From NCBI GenBank assembly GCA_964589365.1, contig CAZPTQ010000002.1:4746-68745 (forward strand): a stretch of 64,000 nucleotides of DNA. The letters are read 5' to 3'. The position numbers and the translations under genes were made by a program. Source of the DNA: an uncultured Saprospiraceae bacterium (GTDB taxonomy: Bacteria > Bacteroidota > Bacteroidia > Chitinophagales > Saprospiraceae). Position 1 is the first letter of the stretch, and each line of letters starts with the position of its first letter. Below are positions 10,190 to 18,597 of the stretch, piece after piece. The notes under the pieces are model-generated. The model was not told the origin of the DNA. It did no database searches and saw only the letters and a program-made list of their open reading frames with translations.

Positions 10190-11254
10190 ATGCGTACCAA
10201 ACTATCCCAGTTCAATTTTGATCTTCCCGCCGAATTGGTGGCCCAATATCCTGCAGAAGAGCGCGATCAAAGCCGCCTTATGGTGTTGCATCGCAAAACG
10301 GGAAAAATCGAACACAAGATTTTCAAAGATATCCTCGGCTATTTCGGTGACGGGGATACTATGATTTTCAACAACACAAAAGTTTTCCCGGCAAGGCTTT
10401 TTGGGCAAAAAGAAAAAACCGGCGCTAAAATCGAAGTGTTTCTGCTCCGCGAACTCAACCACGACGCACGCCTTTGGGATGTGCTGGTTGACCCTGCCCG
10501 CAAAATCCGCGTAGGCAACAAGCTGTATTTTGAAGACGAACACGGCAACGATGCGCTTGTGGCGGAGGTAGTGGACAACACCACTTCGCGCGGACGTACC
10601 ATCCGTTTTCTTTTTGATGGCTCCGATCAGGATTTCATTGACGAAATCATTAAACTTGGCAATACTCCCCTGCCAAAATACATTGAGCGGGAGCCGGAAG
10701 CCATTGACCGCGAACGGTATCAGACCATCTACGCCAAAGAGATGGGTGCAGTAGCCGCCCCCACGGCAGGACTTCACTTCAGCCGCGAACTGATGAAACG
10801 CCTCGAGCTCAAAGGAGTGAATTTTGCTGAACTTACTTTGCATATCGGCTTGGGCACTTTCCGCACCATTGATGTGGAAGATTTGTCAAAGCACAAAATG
10901 GAAGCCGAGTACTTCAAAATCACTCAGGCAGCAGCCGAAACCGTCAACAAAAGCCTCTTGGCCGATAAGAAAGTGTGCGCCGTTGGTACCACCACGATGC
11001 GCTCTATCGAAACCTCTGTGAGCGCCGAGCGTCTGCTTAAACAAGTGGAAGGATGGACCAACAAGTTCATTTATCCACCCTACGAATTTAGCATCGCCAA
11101 TTGTATGGTCACCAATTTCCATCTTCCAAAATCCAGCCTACTTATCATGGTTTCGGCTTTTGGTGGTTTTGACCTGGTGATGGAAGCCTACCATCAGGCT
11201 GTAAAAGAAAAATACCGCTTTTTCAGTTACGGCGACGCAATGCTGATTCTTTGA
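10190..11254 (+). CDS. queA: S-adenosylmethionine:tRNA ribosyltransferase-isomerase
   Basis: 354 aa. [57 protein letters not shown]. Confidence 0.95.
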   Translation: MRTKLSQFNFDLPAELVAQYPAEERDQSRLMVLHRKTGKIEHKIFKDILGYFGDGDTMIFNNTKVFPARLFGQKEKTGAKIEVFLLRELNHDARLWDVLVDPARKIRVGNKLYFEDEHGNDALVAEVVDNTTSRGRTIRFLFDGSDQDFIDEIIKLGNTPLPKYIEREPEAIDRERYQTIYAKEMGAVAAPTAGLHFSRELMKRLELKGVNFAELTLHIGLGTFRTIDVEDLSKHKMEAEYFKITQAAAETVNKSLLADKKVCAVGTTTMRSIETSVSAERLLKQVEGWTNKFIYPPYEFSIANCMVTNFHLPKSSLLIMVSAFGGFDLVMEAYHQAVKEKYRFFSYGDAMLIL

Positions 11255-11354
11255 TAATCAGAAATTTAGATATTGAGATATTTTAAACCGGACACGGGTC
11301 ATAAAAATATCTCAATATCCTACTATCCAAATTTTTAAAACAAAAGAACCACCT

Positions 11355-11576
11355 ATGTATTGGACACTTGAACTGGCCTCCTATCTGGAAGAGGCTCCGT
11401 GGCCAGCCTCTAAAGACGAACTGATTGACTACGCCATTCGCTCCGGCTCTCCGGCTGAGGTCATCGAAAACCTGGAAGAACTCGAAGAAGATGGCGAGCT
11501 TTACGAGGGCATAGAAGATATTTGGCCGGACTATCCGCGCCACGACGACTTCTTCTTCAACGAGGACGAGTATTGA
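11355..11576 (+). CDS. DUF2795 domain protein
   Basis: 73 aa. WPASKDELIDYAIRSGSPAEVIENLEELE pattern with an acidic tail. Confidence 0.7.
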   Translation: MYWTLELASYLEEAPWPASKDELIDYAIRSGSPAEVIENLEELEEDGELYEGIEDIWPDYPRHDDFFFNEDEY

Positions 11577-11617
11577 CGGCCTTTGGCTTTCAAAGGCTTT
11601 AATTTTTATCCCAAAAA

Positions 11618-11651
11618 AGAGGCCGATTCCGCAAACACGGAATCGGCCTCT
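11618..11651. terminator. bidirectional hairpin between convergent genes
   Basis: agaggccgattccg / caaaca / cggaatcggcctct gives a 14-bp perfect stem. It is flanked by an A-run upstream and T-rich sequence downstream. Confidence 0.7.
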
Positions 11652-11677
11652 TTACATATCCAGAAATTCGTTGAAGA

Positions 11678-12466
11678 TCAGTTCTTATTCGCTACCTTCA
11701 AATAATTCTCCAAAGCCACCGCAATAGAAGGCGCTTCGGGCGTTCCGGCCTGAATGCTCACTTTCATCCCACGGTCTGTCACGGCTTTCAAAGCCGCCGA
11801 GCCAAAGACGCATATTCGGCGGTCTTCCTGTTTGAAATCAGGGAATTGCTCGAACATAGACTTGATCTCGTTGGCGGAAAAGAACGCGATAATGTCGTAC
11901 TTGATGTCTTTCAGGGTAGAAAGATCGTTATTTACGGTACGGTACATCACTGCTTCCTGAATGGGCACTTTCATATCCCTGAAAAAGCGCGTCACATCAG
12001 GGTTACCCTGGTCGCCACAAGGGAGATAAAACTTTTCTTCTTTGTTGCGAAGGATGTACGATTTCAGGTCAAGGACAGACTTAGTGCCGTTGAAAACCTT
12101 TCGCTTGCGGAAGTTGATAAATTTCTGGAGGTAATTGGCAATAGCCTCTGTTGCGCAGAAGTACTTTGTTTCGTCCGACATTTTGATGCGCATTTCGGCG
12201 CAAAGTCGGAAGAAGTGATCTACGGCATTTTTACTGGTGAAAAGAATTGCTGTGTAATCATTAGGGTACACGCGGTTTTTGCGATACTCCTTTTCTGTCA
12301 GGCCCTCTACCGTCACAAAAGGTACAAAGTCAATGTGAACACCAAAGCGCTTTTCGATTTCGTCGTAAGCAGTTCGCACGGCGGGTTGGCCTTGCGAAAC
12401 GAGGATGTTTTGGACTTTGTGGGGGGTAGAATCCTGAACAGGTGCAGCACTAGCAGTTGCAGACAT
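11678..12466 (-). CDS. hemD: uroporphyrinogen-III synthase (HemD) family protein
   Basis: 262 aa with HemD-like repeats (ILFTSKNAVDHFF, AFFSANEIKSMF). It sits downstream of a DUF4271 gene, the usual Bacteroidota arrangement. Confidence 0.75.
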   Translation of the reverse strand: MSATASAAPVQDSTPHKVQNILVSQGQPAVRTAYDEIEKRFGVHIDFVPFVTVEGLTEKEYRKNRVYPNDYTAILFTSKNAVDHFFRLCAEMRIKMSDETKYFCATEAIANYLQKFINFRKRKVFNGTKSVLDLKSYILRNKEEKFYLPCGDQGNPDVTRFFRDMKVPIQEAVMYRTVNNDLSTLKDIKYDIIAFFSANEIKSMFEQFPDFKQEDRRICVFGSAALKAVTDRGMKVSIQAGTPEAPSIAVALENYLKVANKN

Positions 12467-12578
12467 TCGGGAGTGCGTTTTGTGTGTAATTTGTGTAAAT
12501 TTGAACAGTTTGTGAGATTGAAATGCTCAGCCCAAAATGCATTTAGCAAAGAAAAAGTTCGGTTAAAAACTTCCACTT

Positions 12579-13484
12579 TTACGCTGTCTGCATCAGTGCG
12601 AGTTTCACCAAAAGCAATATCGGGGCAATTTCGACGGTGCAAAAGTACAACAAAAAGTGAAATGGGCTTTGCGATAAAAATTTAAGGCCAATCGCGCTTG
12701 CCCGCAGGCTACGGTATGCATAAAAAATGGCCACCAAACCCAGCATCCAGGACACCAGAAGCAGCTGCTGGCCGCCAGTTTCAGCTGAAAAAGCGATAAA
12801 AAGATTGAACGGAACGAGAAACAAGCCCAACACGCAGTTGAAGATGATGATCAAAAAATTGTACTTACGGACTTCTGCATCAAGTGGAAATAGTGCGCGT
12901 ACGATTCCAAGCATCAAATGTTTGGAAAGGAAAGCAACTACAGCACCGCCCAAACAAATGAGCAAAAACCAAATGTTGTTGAAATCCTCTTTCTGAAAAA
13001 CACGGGTAACTAGAAATACAAAAATGCCTGCGTTGAACAGGAAATTGACATAAAGCAGATAGTAAGGGGTCGTGCCCACAAAACCAGAAGCCTCGCGCTG
13101 CGCTACCGAAAACCCGTTGTCGTGCAGAAAGCCCGCCCATGCTTTGCCAACGGCATTTCGGTTGGAAGCCACAGAAAAGGTAAGAAAAGCAAAGGCGGTC
13201 AGCAAAAGAACAGCCATTATACTCCCTGAAAGCCCACCGCCGCGGGGCAGCACCGAAAAGGGCTTGAAAGTTTCTGTCTTGTTTTCGGCCAATGATTCTG
13301 TTGCGACGGGGGCACGGTGTGGTACCACATCAAAAGGGTTGGCTGGTGGGAGGGAAATTCCATTGGCGGCAAGCACTTCTTTTGGCAGGCGATGCAGTAG
13401 TTCAAATGGATTGGCAGCATTTTGCCCTTGCGCTGCCGCACAAAAGCCCATTAATACCAGCACAAAAAACTTCTGATGAAACAT
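12579..13484 (-). CDS. DUF4271 domain membrane protein
   Basis: 301 aa. Signal peptide, NPFELLHRL and NPFDV motifs, then multiple TM helices. Confidence 0.75.
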   Translation of the reverse strand: MFHQKFFVLVLMGFCAAAQGQNAANPFELLHRLPKEVLAANGISLPPANPFDVVPHRAPVATESLAENKTETFKPFSVLPRGGGLSGSIMAVLLLTAFAFLTFSVASNRNAVGKAWAGFLHDNGFSVAQREASGFVGTTPYYLLYVNFLFNAGIFVFLVTRVFQKEDFNNIWFLLICLGGAVVAFLSKHLMLGIVRALFPLDAEVRKYNFLIIIFNCVLGLFLVPFNLFIAFSAETGGQQLLLVSWMLGLVAIFYAYRSLRASAIGLKFLSQSPFHFLLYFCTVEIAPILLLVKLALMQTA

Positions 13485-13554
13485 GGCGCAAAGTTACACG
13501 AATGATTTTTGAAAAAAATTCAAACCCTGTTTTCCCATTTGATAAAAGTGCGCG

Positions 13555-13562
13555 TATCTTTG
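13555..13562 (+). promoter_or_regulatory. TAnnTTTG -7 box for tRNA-Phe
   Basis: TATCTTTG lies 22 nt upstream of the mature tRNA 5' end. Confidence 0.45.
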
Positions 13563-13583
13563 CGTCCGCTTTTCAGCAGGTTC

Positions 13584-13659
13584 GGTGTCTTAGCTCAGCT
13601 GGTAGAGCAATGGACTGAAAATCCATGTGTCCCCGGTTCGATTCCGGGAGATACCACCA
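13584..13659 (+). tRNA. tRNA-Phe (GAA), CCA encoded
   Basis: Hand-folded cloverleaf. Acceptor GGTGTCT/AGATACC, D arm GCTC..GAGC, anticodon stem ATGGA/TCCAT with loop CTGAAAA, T arm CCCGG TTCGATT CCGGG, discriminator A, then CCA. Confidence 0.95.
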
Positions 13660-13660
13660 G

Positions 13661-13699
13661 AAATCCCGGAGATCGCAAGATTCCGGGATTTTGTTTTTT
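13661..13699 (+). terminator. rho-independent terminator after tRNA-Phe
   Basis: aaatcccgga (13661-13670) pairs with tccgggattt (13682-13691), followed by tgttttttg. Confidence 0.75.
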
Positions 13700-13703
13700 G
13701 TGT

Positions 13704-13795
13704 GGATTTGGGGATGTTGGGGATTTGGGGATTTTTTTTGGTCAAGCTTGGTTGCTCGAATAACCAAATACTCAAATAACCTAATCACCCAATAC
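13704..13795. repeat. GGGGATTTGG / CAAGCTTG / CCAAAT-type palindromic repeat element (copy A)
   Basis: G-rich tandem units ggatttggggatgttggggatttggggatt come first, then the palindromic core caagcttg. The C-rich arm follows: ctcgaataaccaaatactcaaataacctaatcacccaatactcgaa. The core caagcttggttgctcgaataaccaaat matches 20411-20437 at 24 of 27 positions. Confidence 0.8.
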
Positions 13796-13811
13796 TCGAA
13801 CAAACAACACC

Positions 13812-14879
13812 ATGTCCGAAGATATCGTCATCCGAATTTTACTTTTACCCTTAGCCCTGCTATATGGGCTTGGTGTGGGGTTTCGCAACCTTATGTATCG
13901 TGTGGGCATTTTGCGGAGTGTTCGGTTCGACTTGCCCGTTATTTCGGTGGGCAACCTTTCGATGGGAGGCGCAGGAAAATCGCCCCATATCGAATACCTG
14001 ATCCGATGGCTCGACGATTTTCTGGAAGTAGGGGTACTGAGTCGCGGTTATGGCCGTAACACCTCCGGATACCGTCCAGTGACAACGATTGACACCGCAG
14101 AAATGGTTGGCGATGAGCCGTTACAGTTCAAACGAAAATTTCCCAATGTTCCGATCTGCGTGAGCGAAAGTCGGGCCCTGGGCGTGCCCGAATTGGTAAA
14201 AAGAAATCCCGAAATCCAATGCGTCTTGCTCGACGACGCCTTTCAACATTTGGCCGTCACGCCAGTACTGAACATCCTCCTCACCGAATTTGCGCACCCT
14301 TTCACCCGCGATTGGCTGCTGCCTTCGGGGCGGTTGCGGGAAGGTCGTTACAATTACCGCCGCGCCGATATTATCATCGTGACCAAATGCCCGCCAGATT
14401 TCTCCGTGTTGCAGCGACAGAAATTGGTGCAGGAAATTGACCCTTTCCCTCGTCAACACGTTTTCTTTTCCCGTTACCGATACGGGATACCCTACGATCT
14501 ACTCCGCCCTGATCTGCTCCGCCCGCTGGACCTGAATACCGATGTGCTGCTTGTAAGCGCCATTGCCAATACCGACTACCTGTTGAAGCACTTGGCCGTT
14601 TCTGTAAAATCCGCGCAAACACTCGAATTTGAAGATCACCACTTTTTTAAAGAAGACGAACTCTTGGATATGGTGCGCCGATTTGAGCGTTTGCCAGGGC
14701 GCAATAAAATTATCCTCACGACTGAAAAAGATGCGATGCGGCTCGAATTGCATCAGGATTTTTTCTGGAAAAATGAACTGCCTGTTTTTGTGCTGCCCGT
14801 AGCGGTCGAATTCTGCGATGACGACGAACAGGCATTTCAGGAGGAGGTGAAGCGGGTTTTGCTGGACTTTAAAAGTTAG
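13812..14879 (+). CDS. lpxK: tetraacyldisaccharide 4'-kinase
   Basis: 355 aa. LLPLALLYGLGVGFRN, VISVGNLSMGGAGKSP (P-loop), SRGYGR. Confidence 0.92.
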   Translation: MSEDIVIRILLLPLALLYGLGVGFRNLMYRVGILRSVRFDLPVISVGNLSMGGAGKSPHIEYLIRWLDDFLEVGVLSRGYGRNTSGYRPVTTIDTAEMVGDEPLQFKRKFPNVPICVSESRALGVPELVKRNPEIQCVLLDDAFQHLAVTPVLNILLTEFAHPFTRDWLLPSGRLREGRYNYRRADIIIVTKCPPDFSVLQRQKLVQEIDPFPRQHVFFSRYRYGIPYDLLRPDLLRPLDLNTDVLLVSAIANTDYLLKHLAVSVKSAQTLEFEDHHFFKEDELLDMVRRFERLPGRNKIILTTEKDAMRLELHQDFFWKNELPVFVLPVAVEFCDDDEQAFQEEVKRVLLDFKS

Positions 14880-15688
14880 GCTCCCCCATACGCCCTCAAA
14901 GCGCCCCGCACACTCCCAAATCGCAACAACAATTGTTTCGCGGCCTCGTATTCCAGCCCGGTAGCCTGCATCACCATTTTCGCGCCACGGTCCACCAACT
15001 TGTTGTTGCTCAGTTGCATATCTACCATTTTGTTGTCTTGCACTCGTCCGAGTTGAATCATAACGGCGGTGGAAATCATATTCAAAATCAGCTTTTGCGC
15101 CGTGCCGGCTTTCATACGGCTGCTTCCGGTCAGGAATTCTGGCCCAACTACCGCAAGGATCGGAAAATCTGCCTCGGCCAACAAGGGCGCACCGGGATTG
15201 CAGGTAATGCACCCGGTGGCGATGCCCCGCTCGCGGCAAATACGGAGACCATGTACCACATAAGGCGTGGTACCCGATGCTGCGATCCCGATTACTGTGT
15301 CAAGCGAATCCAATTGCCAGACGTTCAGGTCAGACCAGGCTTGTGTTTCGCTGTCTTCGGCGTTTTCCACGGGGTGGCGGATGGCACGGTCACCACCTGC
15401 AATGATGCCGATTACCCATTCCGGCGGAGCGCCAAACGTGGGCGGGATTTCAGAAGCGTCTACCACACCGAGCCTGCCGCTGGTGCCCGCGCCAATGTAA
15501 AACAGCCTTCCCCCCTCTCGCATTTTGGGCACGATGGAGTGCACCAATGCTTCAATTTGTGGGATGGCTTTTTCAACTGCCAACGGCACAGTCTGGTCTT
15601 CAGCGTTTATGTTGACGAGCAAGTCCCGTACGCTCATTTTTTCCAAATGGCGGTACTTGGAAGAAGATTCGGTGATTTTTTCCATCAA
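14876..15688 (-). CDS. murQ: N-acetylmuramic acid 6-phosphate etherase
   Basis: 270 aa SIS domain. GGRLFYIGAGTSGRLGVVDASEIPPTFG, IGIAASGTTPYV, TGSSRMKAGTAQK. The stop overlaps the lpxK stop by 4 nt (convergent genes). Confidence 0.92.
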   Translation of the reverse strand: MMEKITESSSKYRHLEKMSVRDLLVNINAEDQTVPLAVEKAIPQIEALVHSIVPKMREGGRLFYIGAGTSGRLGVVDASEIPPTFGAPPEWVIGIIAGGDRAIRHPVENAEDSETQAWSDLNVWQLDSLDTVIGIAASGTTPYVVHGLRICRERGIATGCITCNPGAPLLAEADFPILAVVGPEFLTGSSRMKAGTAQKLILNMISTAVMIQLGRVQDNKMVDMQLSNNKLVDRGAKMVMQATGLEYEAAKQLLLRFGSVRGALRAYGGA

Positions 15689-15833
15689 AATTTAAGGTTT
15701 ATTCAAACTTGTTCGACAACCATTTGAGAATTTAACAAATATTCCGAAAGCCATAACAGGTTTTAAGTGAACTGGATATGCGGACTCCTGCACCTTGATG
15801 CAAGGTTTAGAAAACAGTCAAAAACGAAAGATT

Positions 15834-16531
15834 ATGAACACCACGGTCCGAATCCTCGCCCCACTTTTTTTGTTGGCATTTTTGCTGACTGCTTGCCACA
15901 CCGCTCAAAAGTATGTTGAAAGCGGTGACTATGACAGCGCAATTGACCTTTGTGTCCGCAAATTAAAAGGCAAATCAAAAAAGAAACTGGAGTATGTGCA
16001 AGGCTTGGAACTTGCCTTCCGAAAAGCCCAAGCCCGCGACATTGGCTACGATCGAACAACTCAAGGCCGAGAACCGCCCAGAACGCTGGGAGCGCGTACA
16101 CAAAATCCATCTGGACATTCGCAGCCGTCAAAACAAAGTGGCACCGCTCACCCCGCTGGTGGCCAAAAACAGCTATCGGGCCCAGTTCCAGTTTGTGGAA
16201 ATTGCCGCCATGGAGCGCCAGAGCCGCGAAAAGGCTGCTGGCATTTGATAAAAGGGGGTTGGACAGCGAATGGCGGGAATTTTCTTTTGAAGAAAAACAC
16301 GGCTTACACTATGATTACAAGGCTGTTTACAACGTCCGCGATATTGACATCTGTCCCGAACGCGTACAGGAGCGGTCCTACATAGATGAAAAAAAGATTC
16401 AGGACGGTTGGGATTATGTGCTGGATAGGCGCGGCAATGTGATGCAGGACGAAGATATGTTGGTACAAGCCGCAGAGCGCCTGAAACCGAATGTGAAAGA
16501 AGAACTCCGCCGGAGTAGAGCGATTCTTTGA
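15834..16531 (+). pseudogene. degraded lipoprotein gene with at least two +1 frame changes, probably also internally deleted and truncated
   Basis: Sensible protein sequence hops through three frames. Frame 0: MNTTVRILAPLFLLAFLLTAC...LELAFRKAQARDI. Frame +1 from about 16043: ATIEQLKAENRPERWERVHKIHLDIRSRQNKVAPL...REKAAG. Frame +2 from about 16240: FDKRGLDSEWREFSFEEKHGLHYDYKAVYNVRDIDICPERV...GWDYVLDRRGNVMQD. The frame-0 continuation after about 16045 is Arg/Pro/Gly-rich junk. Confidence 0.65.
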
Positions 16532-16681
16532 AAAAGCTACCAAACAAAATTTGACAGAGACGACAATTGATTCACTTTTGAGACACCGCCATTTTATAGG
16601 CCGCCCAACACTTTTCGAGCTTCGTAAGAAAATGTTACGCGGCCTATATTTTTTGCCGATTTTTGCGCAAAATTTTTCTCC

Positions 16682-17839
16682 ATGCAAATTCGCCGACTAC
16701 TGCCATTTTTTGTCTTTTTACTATTGTCCAAAATTGTTTCTGCCCAAATTGACTACCCTGAAGACGCTTTCCGCGAATTGCGTCGTGGGCTGGAAGGAAC
16801 CTGGTTTATGCCAACCGACCGAGGCGACCGCCTTGAAATCTGGTGGCAAGAAGATGACCAAACCCTGGCAGGGAAAAATATACGTATTAAGCCTGAAAAC
16901 GGTGACACGGTATTGCTCGAGCGTTTGCGCATAGAGTGGCGCGATACCACCATCACCTACATCGCAATTGCTCGCAATCAAAACAGCAACAAGCCTGTTG
17001 CATTTCGCCTCACCGAAATTGACGAAGAGGGCTTTTTCGTTTTCAGCAATCCTGAACACGACGACCCTCAAACAATTCGCTACCTACTGCTAGGCAACCG
17101 CGAAATGCAGGTGGAAACCATCGGCAAGCGCAATGGCCGGGAGGTGAAACAAGAGTTTGTGTTCGAGCGAGAATTCACCCCAGGAGCCGTGGAATTTCGA
17201 GTGCGTGGTGGTATAAACGCCAGCAACCTTCGTAGATCAGGTAGCCTGATACCGCTTGACACACCCCCCAAATTCGGTTGGAAACCTGGCTGGGAGTTTG
17301 GAATGCAAGCTCGATTTAAAGGTCGCGGGGGATTCATAAGCATGAATGCGGAAATCAGCGTAATGGGTCGCCGTGCTTCTGCTCAGTCTGCTTTTTCCGT
17401 TGATGTAGACACGATGCCCTACTTTGTTGATTATAAACGCGACTTGACTTATAATTCTATTTGGCTTATGGCCTCCATAATGCCCGAGCTCACTTTCCGT
17501 CGCGACGGCCGTCTTTCTATAATGGCAGGGCCTTATTATGCCCGGCTAGTGGGCCTGACTGGTAATGGCTTACAAGAACCTGCAGAGCAAGATAAGCTTT
17601 TCAAGGTCAACAATGACTTTAAAAAGAACGATTTTGGCCTAAACTTAGGGTTTCAATACAAACTCAATTTTGGTAAAAAGGACCTCGGCGGTATCCTAGG
17701 CGTTCGGGCAACATACGGCTTATCCAACATTGACAACCTTTATTCCCGTGATTGCAATGACAACCCTACTCTATGCAATGGACAGGTTTCGTTTATGGGT
17801 GCATCGCTTTATTACAGCGTGAATCTTTTAAAGTTGTGA
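16682..17839 (+). CDS. secreted two-domain protein: N-terminal lipocalin-like DUF plus C-terminal PorT/OMP_b-brl_2-like outer-membrane beta-barrel
   Basis: 385 aa. Signal peptide MQIRRLLPFFVFLLLSKIVSAQ. The C-terminal half has an alternating beta-strand pattern (FGLNLGFQYKLNF, LGVRATYGLSNI, ASLYYSVNL). Confidence 0.7.
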   Translation: MQIRRLLPFFVFLLLSKIVSAQIDYPEDAFRELRRGLEGTWFMPTDRGDRLEIWWQEDDQTLAGKNIRIKPENGDTVLLERLRIEWRDTTITYIAIARNQNSNKPVAFRLTEIDEEGFFVFSNPEHDDPQTIRYLLLGNREMQVETIGKRNGREVKQEFVFEREFTPGAVEFRVRGGINASNLRRSGSLIPLDTPPKFGWKPGWEFGMQARFKGRGGFISMNAEISVMGRRASAQSAFSVDVDTMPYFVDYKRDLTYNSIWLMASIMPELTFRRDGRLSIMAGPYYARLVGLTGNGLQEPAEQDKLFKVNNDFKKNDFGLNLGFQYKLNFGKKDLGGILGVRATYGLSNIDNLYSRDCNDNPTLCNGQVSFMGASLYYSVNLLKL

Positions 17840-17848
17840 TTGTTTATC

Positions 17849-17896
17849 GGTGATTTGGTGATGCGTATATGCAAATCACCAAATCACCAAATCACC
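17849..17896. repeat. hairpin plus 3 perfect tandem AAATCACC octamers (same CCAAAT-type repeat family)
   Basis: ggtgatttggtgat (17849-17862) pairs with atcaccaaatcacc (17875-17888). aaatcacc occurs 3 times at 17873-17896. The element lies directly after the stop codon at 17839, so it probably also terminates that gene. Confidence 0.8.
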
Positions 17897-17901
17897 ACCG
17901 C

Positions 17902-18531
17902 ATGGCAAAGCAAAAATTCTACGTAGTGTGGGCAGGCCATAAGCCAGGGGTATATGCTTCATGGGATGAGTGCAAACGTCAAGTGGACGGCGTGGCTGGG
18001 GCGAAATACAAGAGTTTCGAGCACCGATCCGAAGCCGATGCAGCCTTCAAGAGCAACTACTGGAAGTTTATAAAAAAGGTCGATGGACCGCCCAAAACTG
18101 CCGCTACGCTTTCCAAATCAGCCATTATTCGGGAAAGCGTGGCAGTAGACGCAGCCTGCGCTGGAAACCCCGGCGACATGGAATACCGGGGCGTTTGGAC
18201 AGCAGATAGCCGCGAATTGTTCCACATAGGCCCGCTCAAAGACGGTACCAACAACATCGGCGAATTTCTCGCCATCGTGCACGCACTTGCCATGCTGAAG
18301 CAACAGGACAAACCAGGTATGCCGATTTATTCCGACTCCAAAACTGCCCAAGCTTGGGTCAAAAAAGGAAAGTGCAACACCAAGCTCGAAGCAACCAATC
18401 GCAATGGCAAAATCTTCGAGATGATCCAACGAGCCGAAAACTGGCTGGCAGCAAACAAAATCACGAACCCGATCCTGAAGTGGGAGACGGAGGCTTGGGG
18501 TGAAATCCCGGCTGATTTTGGGCGGAAGTGA
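17902..18531 (+). CDS. ribonuclease H1 with N-terminal hybrid-binding (Cauli_VI-like) domain
   Basis: ORF 17869..18531 trimmed to the ATG at 17902. KFYVVWAGHKPGVYASWDECKRQVDGVAGAKYKSFEHRSEADAAF is the N-terminal domain. VDAACAGNPG, NNIGEFLAIVHAL and IYSDSKTA mark the RNase H catalytic core. Confidence 0.85.
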   Translation: MAKQKFYVVWAGHKPGVYASWDECKRQVDGVAGAKYKSFEHRSEADAAFKSNYWKFIKKVDGPPKTAATLSKSAIIRESVAVDAACAGNPGDMEYRGVWTADSRELFHIGPLKDGTNNIGEFLAIVHALAMLKQQDKPGMPIYSDSKTAQAWVKKGKCNTKLEATNRNGKIFEMIQRAENWLAANKITNPILKWETEAWGEIPADFGRK

Positions 18532-18597
18532 ATTGAAATTACCCATCTATTCAGGCTTGCGAAGGTCTTACGACCCCGCAGTTTAAATTACCCATCT

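Noticed and set aside
11846-12685. 279-aa + strand ORF
   Set aside because: It lies antisense to the HemD-like gene and the intergenic region. The sequence is not protein-like, and the opposite strand gives a recognisable family.
14499-15727. Long ORFs 14499..15239 (-) and 14933..15727 (+)
   Set aside because: They overlap lpxK and murQ in wrong frames or on the wrong strand. Both real genes have unambiguous family motifs.
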